This document shows positions 1-9,995 of a stretch of 64,000 nt of DNA, in pieces. Where the stretch lies: contig JAHDBA010000003.1 of assembly GCA_020630615.1 (NCBI GenBank), forward strand, positions 10,027 through 74,026. The letters are read 5' to 3'. A model generated the notes under the pieces. That model worked only from the letters and a program-made list of their open reading frames with translations. It did no database searches and was not told the DNA's origin. The position numbers and the translations under genes were made by a program. The stretch comes from Myxococcota bacterium. GTDB taxonomy: Bacteria; Myxococcota; UBA727; JAHDBA01. Position 1 is the first letter of the stretch. Each line of letters starts with the position of its first letter.

Positions 1-936
1 ACGGGACTCACGACGCAAAAAAGAGAATGCAGAGATGGGCTCAAAGAGGATATGGCATCCTTGTCGAGCTTAGAGATTCGCGAAGAGGATGCCTACTTGC
101 TTCATAGTCCACATCGCGCACATTCGTTCTCATCCTTGCACGCTTCTGCGCACGCGACACCGACAGAACTCGACGCAGAGTCGAAAGAGCAAAGAGACAC
201 AAACTCCAAACGTGTTCTTCCCCGTCAAGCGAACTTGGGTTCCTCCGAAGGTTCGACAAAAAAGACGAGCGTTCTATCGCCGCACCTCATCGGAGCCGAC
301 TTCGGGAATTGGGTTCACGAGGTCCTTGAGAAGCTTGAGTTGTTTCATTGCGACCACGAAGATATCGCCAAAGTTGTGCGTGCAACACGACCTGCGAATT
401 TTTCGAAAGTGGACGAGTGCGAAATAGCGCTTCATATTTCAAAGATTCTTGAAGCCCAGTTACCGGGTGCAAGCAATACAAATTTTTCTTTAGCAGATTT
501 AAAGATGGAAACCTGCCTCCGAGAACCGGCCTTTACATTTCAACTTTCGGAGTCACACCTCTTGAACGTGCTCCGCAAAGGCCAAGGTGTGCGTCGACAC
601 GATACCCTCTTTGGCTTTATCGATATGGTATTTGAGCACAACGGTGAGTTTTACATTGTCGATTATAAAACCAATCATCTTGGAGACGATCTCAAAGACT
701 ATCAACACGATGCGCTTGCACGTGTGATGCGGGAGCAAGACTACACTCTTCAAGCAAAAATCTACTCGCACTCGCTACGTACTTGGTTCAAAGCCTTCGA
801 AGGGGCTGCGTCAAAGCAAGGGCGCTGGAAACTCCCTCGCTCGATTCATGTCCTCTACCTCTTTACACGAGGGCTAACGCTCGAAGCGCGTCAACCAAAG
901 GATGGCGTTTTCAAAATCGAGGTGCCTTGTGAGTAA
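1..936 (+). CDS. recB: Exodeoxyribonuclease V beta subunit, C-terminal nuclease domain (partial; runs in from upstream of the window)
   Basis: Frame 1 is open from base 1. The PD-(D/E)XK nuclease motif GFIDMVFEHNGEFYIVDYKTNHLG closely matches the RecB C-terminal GFIDLVF..YYLLDYKSN motif. The stop overlaps the recD start, as is typical of recB-recD. Confidence 0.7.
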   Translation, partial: TGLTTQKRECRDGLKEDMASLSSLEIREEDAYLLHSPHRAHSFSSLHASAHATPTELDAESKEQRDTNSKRVLPRQANLGSSEGSTKKTSVLSPHLIGADFGNWVHEVLEKLELFHCDHEDIAKVVRATRPANFSKVDECEIALHISKILEAQLPGASNTNFSLADLKMETCLREPAFTFQLSESHLLNVLRKGQGVRRHDTLFGFIDMVFEHNGEFYIVDYKTNHLGDDLKDYQHDALARVMREQDYTLQAKIYSHSLRTWFKAFEGAASKQGRWKLPRSIHVLYLFTRGLTLEARQPKDGVFKIEVPCE

Positions 937-2599
937 GCAGCTCGAATCGGACATGAGCAGAGCACCCTCCTTTTCTCCGGAACTTGCAATCGCATTGGAA
1001 TGCCTAATTGATGCCTATGAGCATGGGAGAATGTCGCTTGCCCCCGAAACTCTCCAGTCCTACTTAAATGACCATGGGCATCCCATCGCCTTAGAGCGAA
1101 TCAAGAAAATGCTATCGCCGTATACGATAGAGCACGAGGGACGAGTCGTACTTCAACGCGCATGGTATTATGAGACTTTTGTGGCATCGAACCTTGCATC
1201 ACGCGCCAAGACTGAAGGAAGCTCTTCGCTGAAAGACACACCGCACCCCCCAGCGCGGCGAAAGAAGCTTCGTTCCAACAGTCGACTTTCGCCGGAACAG
1301 GAAGCTGTCGTTCACGCATGCGCAAAAACACGCTTGATTGTGCTTACCGGTGGGCCTGGTACGGGCAAGACGACAACGCTCTCGTCCATGTTACGATATT
1401 TTCTCGATAGCCACACCTCGGCATCCCATGACTCATCGGTGCAAACAGACTCGCAACAACGTGTCCTTGTGTTGGCACCCACGGGCAAAGCGGTGCGACG
1501 CCTCAAGGCAACAATCGCATTCGAAGACGATGACTCAAGCCTAGAACTTTCTTTTCAGACCGTACACGCTGCACTTGGTTTTCGTGATCGCGCTTTCATG
1601 GCGCCGCGTGCACATTTCAACTCGAAACTCGATGCTGATTTGTGTGTGATTGATGAAGCGTCAATGCTCGACAATGAACTTTTGGCGCACATGCTTTCTG
1701 CACTACCGATGCGCTCCGCACTGTGGCTCGTGGGCGACCCGGACCAACTCCCGCCCGTTGGCCCAGGCACCCCCTTTCTACAATTGGTGGACGCCGCTCG
1801 GGAGATGGCTTTGCGCCCAACTTACTATTACGAACTCACGACAAACTTTCGTCGGCGAAAATCCTTTGATATTGCGGGTGACACGTATCAAGAAAAAGGC
1901 AGCCCTGGCCTTTCACTCGCCAACCTCAGCTCGCTTCTGTCAAAGCTCCCACCCAGAAGGCGAGACGAATTGAAGAACGACACCAAGAGACATGCGTCTG
2001 CCAGCCTTCTGTTTTTCAAGCTTGACGACCATTGGGAACTCGAAGAACTCCTTCAGACATTTATGCAAAACTGCGGCATTCAACGCGACTCGAATGCGTG
2101 GCGAACATTATGCGTGACCTACGAGGGTGGCTTGGGTGTCCACGCTCTACAACAGGCATGGAAAAATGTTTTTGCCGGGCAAGACGATCGTGTGGGCGAT
2201 CCTATCTTTGCGACAAAGGCACTACGGGATTTCGCACTTGAAAATGGTGCGGAAGGCCGATTGGTTCTCAAGAACGATTTCATGGTAGGGCGGTTTGAGA
2301 GTATGCGGGGTGAAGAAGTTGATATCCCTTGGCCTCATCCTGGCCTGCAAAAATCCTGGGTCTCGAGTGTGCATAAAGCACAAGGCTCAGAGTATGAACA
2401 TGTCATTTTCTTTTTGCCAGACTTCGAGAGTCCATTGCTGACGCCGCGTTTGGTCTACACAGCTTTGACACGTGCGCGCAGGCAAACCTGGATCGTATCA
2501 CGTGATGGCATCTACTCAATGTCGAGCGATCGTAACGAAGGTGAGCTGAAACGCATCGAAAGTACACTCCTGTCGGATACCGCTGGCAGGGTCGAATAG
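902..2599 (+). CDS. recD: Exodeoxyribonuclease V alpha subunit (RecD helicase)
   Basis: Walker A motif VLTGGPGTGKTTTL and DEAS-like motif CVIDEASML. The C-terminal SF1 helicase motifs are VHKAQGSEYEHV and YTALTRAR. The gene overlaps the recB end. Confidence 0.85.
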   Translation: MAFSKSRCLVSKQLESDMSRAPSFSPELAIALECLIDAYEHGRMSLAPETLQSYLNDHGHPIALERIKKMLSPYTIEHEGRVVLQRAWYYETFVASNLASRAKTEGSSSLKDTPHPPARRKKLRSNSRLSPEQEAVVHACAKTRLIVLTGGPGTGKTTTLSSMLRYFLDSHTSASHDSSVQTDSQQRVLVLAPTGKAVRRLKATIAFEDDDSSLELSFQTVHAALGFRDRAFMAPRAHFNSKLDADLCVIDEASMLDNELLAHMLSALPMRSALWLVGDPDQLPPVGPGTPFLQLVDAAREMALRPTYYYELTTNFRRRKSFDIAGDTYQEKGSPGLSLANLSSLLSKLPPRRRDELKNDTKRHASASLLFFKLDDHWELEELLQTFMQNCGIQRDSNAWRTLCVTYEGGLGVHALQQAWKNVFAGQDDRVGDPIFATKALRDFALENGAEGRLVLKNDFMVGRFESMRGEEVDIPWPHPGLQKSWVSSVHKAQGSEYEHVIFFLPDFESPLLTPRLVYTALTRARRQTWIVSRDGIYSMSSDRNEGELKRIESTLLSDTAGRVE

Positions 2600-2608
2600 G
2601 AGACGGAC

Positions 2609-3409
2609 ATGAGGCTAACGCAAGATAGAATCTTAAGTCACAAGAAAAGCGCCGATGCGAACTTTAAGTTCCCCATGTGCCCTTCATGGTTTCAAGGCCG
2701 AGGCGCTTTCGGGGGGCTTTTGATGGCACAGGCAATTCGTGCGCTCAATAGCTGTGATGGTTTAGAAAGCAAAGGAATGATTCTGTCGTCGCTCAGCGGT
2801 TCTTTTATGCAATCGCATCAAGGCGAGAGTGTTGAGATTGAGATTCAACCTTTGCGTCTCGGTCGAGGTACACATTTTATTCAGGCGCGACTCTACGACG
2901 CTGATTCCATTGTGGCTGATTTCACGCTGACTCTGAGCCGACCACGACAAACAAGCGTCGCTTCGAGTTCGCCCACCATGCCCGAAGCCGAACCCTTTGA
3001 AAAATGCCTTGAAGCCCCCGCGGGTCTTGTTCCCGCCTTTGTTCAGCATTTCGACATGCGAATGTGTCCATCATTAATTCGGCCCAAGGACTCTCTGTGT
3101 ACAATGTGGGTTGAGCCCAAGAGTCCTACAAAGAGCCCCTACGAGAACATTGCTCTGTCCATAGATGCGTTGCCCCCAACAGTGTTTCTTCACGCCGGCC
3201 CGCATTTTAAAGGCGGTACCGTTCACATCAGCCTTCATTTTTGGGAGGCATCATCCAAAGTCAAAGAGGAAGGGGCCTTTCTCGTACAAAGTCGCGGCGG
3301 CACTCGAGCCGAGGGGTGGCTCGAAGAACACCAAGACTTGTGGTCGGCATCGGGTGAACACCTTGCTTCAAGTACCCAACAAATCGCTTTTTTTACGCCG
3401 TCGCCTTAA
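2609..3409 (+). CDS. Acyl-CoA thioesterase II-like protein (hotdog fold)
   Basis: The N-terminal GRGAFGGLLMAQAIRA motif resembles the TesB-type thioesterase motif GG.VFGGQ.LAQAL. An AGGAG ribosome-binding site lies 5-6 nt upstream of the ATG. Confidence 0.45.
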   Translation: MRLTQDRILSHKKSADANFKFPMCPSWFQGRGAFGGLLMAQAIRALNSCDGLESKGMILSSLSGSFMQSHQGESVEIEIQPLRLGRGTHFIQARLYDADSIVADFTLTLSRPRQTSVASSSPTMPEAEPFEKCLEAPAGLVPAFVQHFDMRMCPSLIRPKDSLCTMWVEPKSPTKSPYENIALSIDALPPTVFLHAGPHFKGGTVHISLHFWEASSKVKEEGAFLVQSRGGTRAEGWLEEHQDLWSASGEHLASSTQQIAFFTPSP

Positions 3410-5350
3410 AAAGACAGGCAACGCAAAGAGCGTATAGGTCGAAGGACCAAGGCTCCCGCTCGTCTCAGAACTTGAGCAGCTCTGCGTTAAGAGTCCACCG
3501 CCCGAAAGAGAAAGTGCGCCACTCGTATCGCTTGTATTGCTCTCATCTGAAACATTGACAGGATCGGTCGGCCCTTGTGGGTTACTTGCAGGGTCTTGCC
3601 CGTCTTGGTCAAAGGTTGGATCAGCAGGGACTCCTGAGTTATCAGTGGACGTGTTGTCCGATGATGTGGGATCTGCGGGTTCTGAATCTGCGGGCTCAAG
3701 TTGACTGGTTCGCGGTGTACATACAGCCCCAACGACTACAGAAGGGTTGACTGTGCCCATGAAACGTTCGCATGTCTGCCTTGTATCTGGACATGTCCAA
3801 GAGTGGTCACAGCGCGCATAGCAGCGCGAGATAGCGACAGACTCTTGAATGCACGCTAAACCGACATCACACCCAAAGACGCCGGTACATGTGTCTCCCT
3901 CTTGACCCGGGCCGCCCGGATAGCAGAATGAAGAGTCTTCACAGTATCCATTATTATCGCATCCATCAAAACAAGCACTCGTATTGCTCTGCGTACAACT
4001 GTCATTATTAAAGTAGATGCAGCTCTCAAAAGCAGAACAGCCCACGCCGCTTTGTGGGTTACATGCAGCTCTGCATGTTCCAGAGCTCGCACCGTTAACT
4101 TCCGGAATACAGGTCGCCCCTTCAACACAGCGAAACTCTGAGTCACAGTATTCACCCGGCGCTTGCTCCCCATTCGGGTTGATACAAACTCCGAACACAC
4201 TGGCTTCCTGGCCAATGTCAACGCATTCAAAACTCGCAGGGCATGTGTTACTCCCATTTGGATTACAGCGCTCATAACAAAGTGCACTAGACTCATCTCC
4301 CAGACACACTGCGTCGTTTTCACACTCATAATAGGGAGGCACACAGGCTTCTCCGACTGAGGGAACTATCGTTCCTAAAAACACACATTCTCCACTTCCT
4401 GCTTCGTCACATTCAAATCCGTCGGCACAATCGCTATCGCTTGAGCATAACGAAGTGCAATAGCGAAGCCCATCCGAGAAGCCGCATATCAAAGGCGATG
4501 GACAGTCGCCGTTCGACGAACACGCACTACCTGCACCCGAACCGGATCCAGGATAAATCGCTTCGATACCTGCAATGTCTGAGATGCGTAGCTCCTCTGG
4601 GTCCCCTCGACCACCCGAGGCAGCCATGACAGACCAGTTCTTACAACTGTCGTCCGGGCACGGGTGCCCCAAACCGACCAAGTGTCCCATTTCATGGAGG
4701 AGCACTGCCTTGGCACTCGTGCACCTGTCCTGGAAGCGGTCACAGTCATCTCGATCTGCCGACCATGGAAGTTGCACCGCACCAGGAACTGCATTCATCA
4801 CGATATCGGCATCGGTGATGTCTCGACTGCACAAGTCAATACTTGAAAGTGTCACGCCCAATGCCCCCAGACCACCTGCACCGAGGAGGCTTATATATTC
4901 AGACTGAGAGTTGATCCATAGAAGGACGTTTTGGCCGTCTTGCAGCCCAGGGTCCCGAGAGCCGCTGCCTAAATTCTGTACCGATAAGTTACTGCCAGGC
5001 ACACTCGACCATTGATTCGTCACATTGTTGACAATAGTGCTCCACTCCGCGCTACTCACCTCGCTGGGTCTTTGACTGCTTTCAAATCGCACACCGACAA
5101 CAGGGTTAACCCAGCGTGTGGCATTTGACGTCGTGCATGAACCACATCCGTCATTGGAGATAGAACCGGTCGCATCAACGCTATTGCAAAGCGACCGATA
5201 ACACGCGCTTGAAGGGAAGATCGTGCCCGACGAACACATATTTGGCGATTGCGCACGGAGCTCGCTGGCCAGAAAAAGTGCCGCTCCCATCGAGATTGCA
5301 CACAGCCACGATTGAACGAACAATCGCTCTGTATTGAAAAGACAAATCAT
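3368..5350 (-). CDS. Secreted metzincin (matrixin-like) zinc metalloprotease with Cys-rich repeat modules and a C-terminal sorting-like tail
   Basis: N-terminal signal peptide. The HEMGHLVGLGH zinc-binding motif is followed by an SVM Met-turn. At least four roughly 45-aa Cys-rich repeats follow (C..C..C..C pattern, Myxococcus cysteine-rich-repeat-like). A Ser/Thr/Pro/Asp-rich linker leads to a hydrophobic helix plus RRRRKK at the extreme C-terminus. Confidence 0.75.
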   Translation of the reverse strand: MICLFNTERLFVQSWLCAISMGAALFLASELRAQSPNMCSSGTIFPSSACYRSLCNSVDATGSISNDGCGSCTTSNATRWVNPVVGVRFESSQRPSEVSSAEWSTIVNNVTNQWSSVPGSNLSVQNLGSGSRDPGLQDGQNVLLWINSQSEYISLLGAGGLGALGVTLSSIDLCSRDITDADIVMNAVPGAVQLPWSADRDDCDRFQDRCTSAKAVLLHEMGHLVGLGHPCPDDSCKNWSVMAASGGRGDPEELRISDIAGIEAIYPGSGSGAGSACSSNGDCPSPLICGFSDGLRYCTSLCSSDSDCADGFECDEAGSGECVFLGTIVPSVGEACVPPYYECENDAVCLGDESSALCYERCNPNGSNTCPASFECVDIGQEASVFGVCINPNGEQAPGEYCDSEFRCVEGATCIPEVNGASSGTCRAACNPQSGVGCSAFESCIYFNNDSCTQSNTSACFDGCDNNGYCEDSSFCYPGGPGQEGDTCTGVFGCDVGLACIQESVAISRCYARCDHSWTCPDTRQTCERFMGTVNPSVVVGAVCTPRTSQLEPADSEPADPTSSDNTSTDNSGVPADPTFDQDGQDPASNPQGPTDPVNVSDESNTSDTSGALSLSGGGLLTQSCSSSETSGSLGPSTYTLFALPVFLRRRRKKSDLLGT

Positions 5351-5952
5351 TCTGCAACCTTGTTCGTATTGGATCGTGTACGACTGCTCACACTCTTGAC
5401 AATCCGTCTTAGAAGCTCACGCCGATCAAGCTTTAGGGGCGGATTGAATGCTTGTGTTTTTAGACTCAATGCACCACTGCGCGCCTCATGATATTCCACA
5501 GTGCCCTCTTCTATGACCTGCTCAAACTTTCCCAAGCCTATCCCGACCTGTGCAAACATTCGCAACTCTTTAACCTCGAGTCCTGCGCGAATCGTTTCTG
5601 GCACCACGACACCAAAGAAAAGCAACTTTTCGTCTCGGCGGTAATCGTGAATCCCATCGATATGAAGTTCTTGATGGTTGACGACTCCACCAACTTTATA
5701 GATCAGGAATTCCTCATGTGTACTGGAGCCTTTTAACGCCTCCAACACACGGACTCGAATCAGCTGAACGGGGCGTTTACCAAGAAGCATTTTTTGGATC
5801 CCTACAACCTGAACTTCGGCGATAAGCTCACTGGCTTCGGTCATTCTTTCCAAGCCGGGTGAGACTATCGTCGAGCCATACACGTTGATGGAACCCAAAG
5901 TTGATATTGACGCTACAAGTAGGGTACACACTAGCGCGTAGAGGTTTCGCAT
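5347..5952 (-). CDS. Hypothetical secreted protein, translationally coupled to the downstream metalloprotease
   Basis: An ATGA stop/start overlap with the protease gene at 5347-5350. An internal ATG at 5952 gives the signal peptide MRNLYALVCTLLVASISTLG. The listed ORF extends to 6036 through a GTG alternative start, so the true start is uncertain. Confidence 0.45.
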   Translation of the reverse strand: MRNLYALVCTLLVASISTLGSINVYGSTIVSPGLERMTEASELIAEVQVVGIQKMLLGKRPVQLIRVRVLEALKGSSTHEEFLIYKVGGVVNHQELHIDGIHDYRRDEKLLFFGVVVPETIRAGLEVKELRMFAQVGIGLGKFEQVIEEGTVEYHEARSGALSLKTQAFNPPLKLDRRELLRRIVKSVSSRTRSNTNKVAE

Positions 5953-6135
5953 CGCAAAGCGTGAGGCCTGAGTGCAGTGAAAGAGACGAGCACGGGATAT
6001 TGATGATACATAGAACATACCGTCTTCTAGCGACACTTCACTTTTCCATCAATAGAAAACATTCAAGGGGTAACAAAGCTTTGTAACGACATCCCCCAAT
6101 TTCGACTCACTCAAGACAAATTCATGGTCTTCGAC

Positions 6136-7701
6136 TCACTCGGAAAGGAGTGAGAGCAAAACGAAGGCGAACACACATGCCAGAACCAACGTTGCCACCA
6201 AAACAGGCTGATAGCGATGACGCTCCCTTTTCGTAGGGAGGTCTGGACTTTTTCCTACGTTGTTCGCAGCCACGTCACTTGAGCCGGTTCCCCCATGGTC
6301 TTCCACGATCACAACCTCTGAAACTGTTTGTGTTCGTTGCTTTCTTGGGCGGTCGAGATTCAAATGCGGGGTCGGTTCCGTCGATGCGTCGTCACCGAGC
6401 GAATTGGGATACCACTTTTCACTGCGCTCGTCCGCAGACCGCGTCTCAAATACACGATGCTGGTCATGGGTAGCCCCAACTGGCATCGGGACGACCGAGC
6501 GACCCGAGATGTTCACTTGAACTCTCCGATCAGCAGCCCCAGAGAAATCGTTGACGGGCTCGTTTCCGTTTGAAGCCTCGAAAAAAGTTTGAGCACGCTC
6601 AAAAACGATGGTTCGCTCTTCGTCATGGTTGAGGTTTCCATCAACGTAAGACTCAATATCTTCTTGCCGCCGAAGAAAGATCTCGCCTGAGCCGTCTCGG
6701 GTCACGAGACGCATCGATCGCAACGTCTGCACCAGAGCACGTTCTCGCTCACGTTCTTCACTCACCTCACTCGCAAACACATTTTGAATGTGTTCAAGAT
6801 GTTCCTGACGGGCCTTCGCAAGCACTTCGGGTTTCTCTAGTGTAAACAACGACCGTAACGCCTCCGCCATCTCAGCTGCCGAGGAGAAACGCCGACGGGG
6901 AGATTTCGACAGCGCCTTATTGATAATGTGAACCAAGCCTTGTGGAATATCCGGTCGAATGCCTTCTGGCGCACGAAAACGAACTTCTCGAATCCGCTCC
7001 AAAGTGTCCAAATCGTTCTGCCCCTTGAATGCACGAGCCCCTGTACAGAGCTCATAAAGAACCACCCCTGCTGCAAAAATGTCAACACTTTGCGTAAGTT
7101 TCTTCCCTTTGACCTGCTCCGGTGCCATGTATGCGAACTTACCTTTCAGTATTCCTGCTTCAGTTTTATATTCACGGTCGCGTGCCCGAGCGATACCAAA
7201 GTCAATAATCTTTACGGAGCCATCGAATCCAACAAGAATGTTTTGAGGCGAAATATCGCGGTGAATAATGTCAAGTTTCCTGCCCTTTTCGTTACGCAAC
7301 CCATGCGCATAAGAAAGACCGTCACAAAGCTGGGCAACGATAAGTGCAGCCTGAGGGTAGGAGAAACGATGTCCAGCTCGGAAACTGCGGTCCATGTAGT
7401 TCCGTAGTTCTCTCGAGGGAAGATACTCCATTGCAAGATAATATTGCCCCTCGCAGCGACCCAGTTCATGGGTCCGTATTAAATTGGGGTGCTCAAGGCG
7501 AACTGAAATACGCGCTTCATCAAGGAACATTTTTACGAAGTCATCATTTTCAGCAAGGTCGGGTAAGATACGCTTGATTGCAACGGGGATGTCGCCATCC
7601 ACGCCTCGATAAACACCTTGGTACACTTCAGCCATTCCGCCTACACTAATACGACGTAAGAGTGAATACTTCCCATAGGGGGTGACGTGGTTTGTAGACA
7701 T
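6136..7701 (-). CDS. Hanks-type serine/threonine protein kinase with a C-terminal transmembrane anchor
   Basis: Kinase motifs present: the Gly loop and VAIK lysine, the HRDISPQN catalytic loop, DFG as IIDFGIA, and APE. A single hydrophobic helix, VLVATLVLACVFAFVLLSLL, sits at the extreme C-terminus. Confidence 0.85.
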   Translation of the reverse strand: MSTNHVTPYGKYSLLRRISVGGMAEVYQGVYRGVDGDIPVAIKRILPDLAENDDFVKMFLDEARISVRLEHPNLIRTHELGRCEGQYYLAMEYLPSRELRNYMDRSFRAGHRFSYPQAALIVAQLCDGLSYAHGLRNEKGRKLDIIHRDISPQNILVGFDGSVKIIDFGIARARDREYKTEAGILKGKFAYMAPEQVKGKKLTQSVDIFAAGVVLYELCTGARAFKGQNDLDTLERIREVRFRAPEGIRPDIPQGLVHIINKALSKSPRRRFSSAAEMAEALRSLFTLEKPEVLAKARQEHLEHIQNVFASEVSEERERERALVQTLRSMRLVTRDGSGEIFLRRQEDIESYVDGNLNHDEERTIVFERAQTFFEASNGNEPVNDFSGAADRRVQVNISGRSVVPMPVGATHDQHRVFETRSADERSEKWYPNSLGDDASTEPTPHLNLDRPRKQRTQTVSEVVIVEDHGGTGSSDVAANNVGKSPDLPTKRERHRYQPVLVATLVLACVFAFVLLSLLSE

Positions 7702-7752
7702 CGATTGTAGACTAGCAAAGCTTCACCATAACATCACCTTTCACACGATAAT

Positions 7753-9255
7753 TTACGATTCGAGGTCTTGTCGATACATCAGGGCTTCTTCAATCGCCTT
7801 GCGCTCGATACGAATGTCCTTGTTGAGATCTGCGATCGTACGCGCAACCCTTAAAACTCGCAGATATGAACGTGTTCCAAGCCCAATCTTTGTGGCGAGG
7901 TTACGAAGAAAGGCACCCGCTTGCTCACACAGCATGGCTTTTTGATGGAGTTCATGCCACTGCAATTCCGAGTTGAGCTTGTTTTGACGCTGAAGTTGAG
8001 CCTGACGCGCAGACTGAATTCGGCTCCGCACTTTCGCAATATCGGTAGCGATCTCAGGCTTCGTTGTTGCAAGCAAGTCAAGACTGGGTGGTGAGACCCA
8101 TATCGTCATGTCCAAACGATCCAAAATAGGGCCACTAATACGATTTAAGTAACGCCCTCTTTGCAGTGCCGAGCAGGAACAATTGCGCCGCGGGTCTCCC
8201 CAATATCCACAGGGACACGGGTTCATGGTTGCGATGACAATCATCTTTGCAGGATAGCGAACCTGTGCCCTCGCTCGACTCAAGGTGATGTACCCATCTT
8301 CAAGCGGCTGACGCAGCACCTCGATGGTTTGCCTTGAGAACTCAGGTAGCTCATCAAGAAAGAGTACACCACGATGGGCCATTGAAATATCGCCGGGCTT
8401 TGCAAACCCAGCACCGCCACCAGCCAAACCCGCCAGCGATGACGAATGATGTGGGGCTCGAAATGGCCGCGCGATATGGCTTTCTGTATCGTCGTTTAAC
8501 TCCCCTGCTATTGAGAGCAATCGTGCGACCTCCAAACCTTCATCACGCGTTAAGGGCGGCATGATCTCAGGTACGCTCTTGGCCAACATGGTCTTTCCTG
8601 TGCCTGGGCCTCCAAAAAGCAAGACATGGTGGCCTCCTGCTGCGACGACCTGCAATGCTTTTCGCTCGAGGACTAAACCGCGAATGGAGTCCCACTGCGT
8701 CGACTTTGGCTGCGTGGTAGACGCTTCACTAACTTGAAGCGGGCGCTCTTTGACCCTGCCGTGAAGCATGTCCAAGAGGTGCGCCAAAGTATGGACGGCA
8801 AAAACCTCTAAACCATCGATGAGCGCTGCTTCCTTTTGGTTCCCATGCGGAATATAGGCTCTTTTGATACCTTGTGCTCGCGCCGATTCGAGTCCTGCCA
8901 AGACCCCTGCGACGGCCTGCACACCGCCCCCAAGAGAGAGTTCCCCCATGACAAATATCGGTTTGGAAAGCTCAACCTTGCTCTGGGCCTCTTCCAATGC
9001 AAGTGCTACAGGCAAATCAAAGCCGGTTCCAACCTTGGGTACATTGGCAGGTGAGAGGTTTACCGTGATCCGCCCAAGGGGAAAAGACAATCCTGCCGCA
9101 TCCATTGCAGCATGCACACGTGCCCTCGCCTCGCGGACTGCCGTTTCCGCCAGCCCAACAGTCGTAAAGGAGGGCAAACCACCTCCAATATTTGCTTCAA
9201 CTCGAACCAATTTGGCGTCCGCGCCAACTAGTGTTGCAGAAAAAACACGCGTCAT
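7753..9255 (-). CDS. comM: Mg-chelatase-like AAA+ ATPase, YifB/ComM family
   Basis: Walker A motif LLFGGPGTGKTM and the ChlI/ComM family architecture. The start is placed at the internal ATG giving MTRVFSATLVGADAK, which matches the usual ComM N-terminus. The listed ORF extends to 9402. Confidence 0.8.
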   Translation of the reverse strand: MTRVFSATLVGADAKLVRVEANIGGGLPSFTTVGLAETAVREARARVHAAMDAAGLSFPLGRITVNLSPANVPKVGTGFDLPVALALEEAQSKVELSKPIFVMGELSLGGGVQAVAGVLAGLESARAQGIKRAYIPHGNQKEAALIDGLEVFAVHTLAHLLDMLHGRVKERPLQVSEASTTQPKSTQWDSIRGLVLERKALQVVAAGGHHVLLFGGPGTGKTMLAKSVPEIMPPLTRDEGLEVARLLSIAGELNDDTESHIARPFRAPHHSSSLAGLAGGGAGFAKPGDISMAHRGVLFLDELPEFSRQTIEVLRQPLEDGYITLSRARAQVRYPAKMIVIATMNPCPCGYWGDPRRNCSCSALQRGRYLNRISGPILDRLDMTIWVSPPSLDLLATTKPEIATDIAKVRSRIQSARQAQLQRQNKLNSELQWHELHQKAMLCEQAGAFLRNLATKIGLGTRSYLRVLRVARTIADLNKDIRIERKAIEEALMYRQDLES

Positions 9256-9319
9256 GTGCAACCTCCCTTGATGTTGCGAATCGAAGCTTAGAGACTTGCA
9301 AAACACGAAGAGGTTTTTG

Positions 9320-9982
9320 ATGTTTACGGGGATTATCCGGGATGTGGGACGAGTCGAAGCGATAGCAATGCGGGATGAAACCCGCGTGCTCGAAATTTCC
9401 ACGAACCTTGATCTAAGCGAAGCTTCTCTTGGCGCAAGCTATGCAATCAACGGCGTCTGTTTGACACTCGTAAAAAAGTCACGTGAAGAGAATGAAACGA
9501 ATACCACTGAGACCCGGAGTTCATGGCGCTTCGGGGTCGAACTTGGCCCCGAGACACTTGCGGTCACCACCTTGGGTAAGCTAGCGAGCGGGGCGATGGT
9601 CAATATTGAACCCGCGCTTAAAATGGGCCAAGCGTTGGACGGTCACTGGGTTCAAGGCCATGTCGACGGCATTGCAACATTGAGCTCAGTCGAGCTCGAC
9701 GCTGACAGCATTGTTTGGACCCTTCATGTCGAAGCAGAGCGCTACCTCCCTTATCTCGTCCCGAAAGGCTCGATAACACTGGAAGGCGCGAGTCTAACGA
9801 TCAACAGTGTCGAGGGTCACGATTTTTCCGTCACTCTGATTCCGCACACCTTGCAAGAAACAACATTCTCCGGCCTGGGTGTCGGCGATAAACTCAATTT
9901 TGAAACCGATATTATGGCGCGTCAGATAGAACGTCTTTTAAACTATCGTACGTCGCAACAGTGCAACCCGCCCCAGGCATAG
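9320..9982 (+). CDS. ribE: Riboflavin synthase alpha subunit
   Basis: The canonical N-terminus MFTGIIRDVGRV and two lumazine-binding repeats. The ATG at 9320 is preferred over the upstream TTG at 9296. Confidence 0.85.
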   Translation: MFTGIIRDVGRVEAIAMRDETRVLEISTNLDLSEASLGASYAINGVCLTLVKKSREENETNTTETRSSWRFGVELGPETLAVTTLGKLASGAMVNIEPALKMGQALDGHWVQGHVDGIATLSSVELDADSIVWTLHVEAERYLPYLVPKGSITLEGASLTINSVEGHDFSVTLIPHTLQETTFSGLGVGDKLNFETDIMARQIERLLNYRTSQQCNPPQA

Positions 9983-9995
9983 ATTAGGAATTGTC

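Noticed and set aside
3368-3409. A 42-nt convergent overlap between the thioesterase-like gene and the protease gene.
   Set aside because: It is likely real but unremarkable. It may also reflect an earlier true stop or start, and it has no functional implication.
3856-4344. A 162-aa minus-strand ORF inside the protease gene, and similar long ORFs antisense to TamB, pilR, recD and the PEGA gene, for example 57121..57735 and 21147..21542.
   Set aside because: They are shadow ORFs in a mid-to-high-GC coding sequence, with no RBS and no homology signals. The sense-strand genes have clear family signatures.
5310-5350. The protease C-terminal tail could be a GlyGly-CTERM rhombosortase signal.
   Set aside because: The GGG triplet lies about 25 residues before the hydrophobic helix rather than immediately adjacent to it, so only a generic sorting-like tail is claimed.
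9256-9319. A possible FMN riboswitch upstream of the rib operon.
   Set aside because: The intergenic spaces before ribE, ribBA and ribH are 64 nt, 13 nt and 45 nt, which is too short for the roughly 140-nt RFN element.
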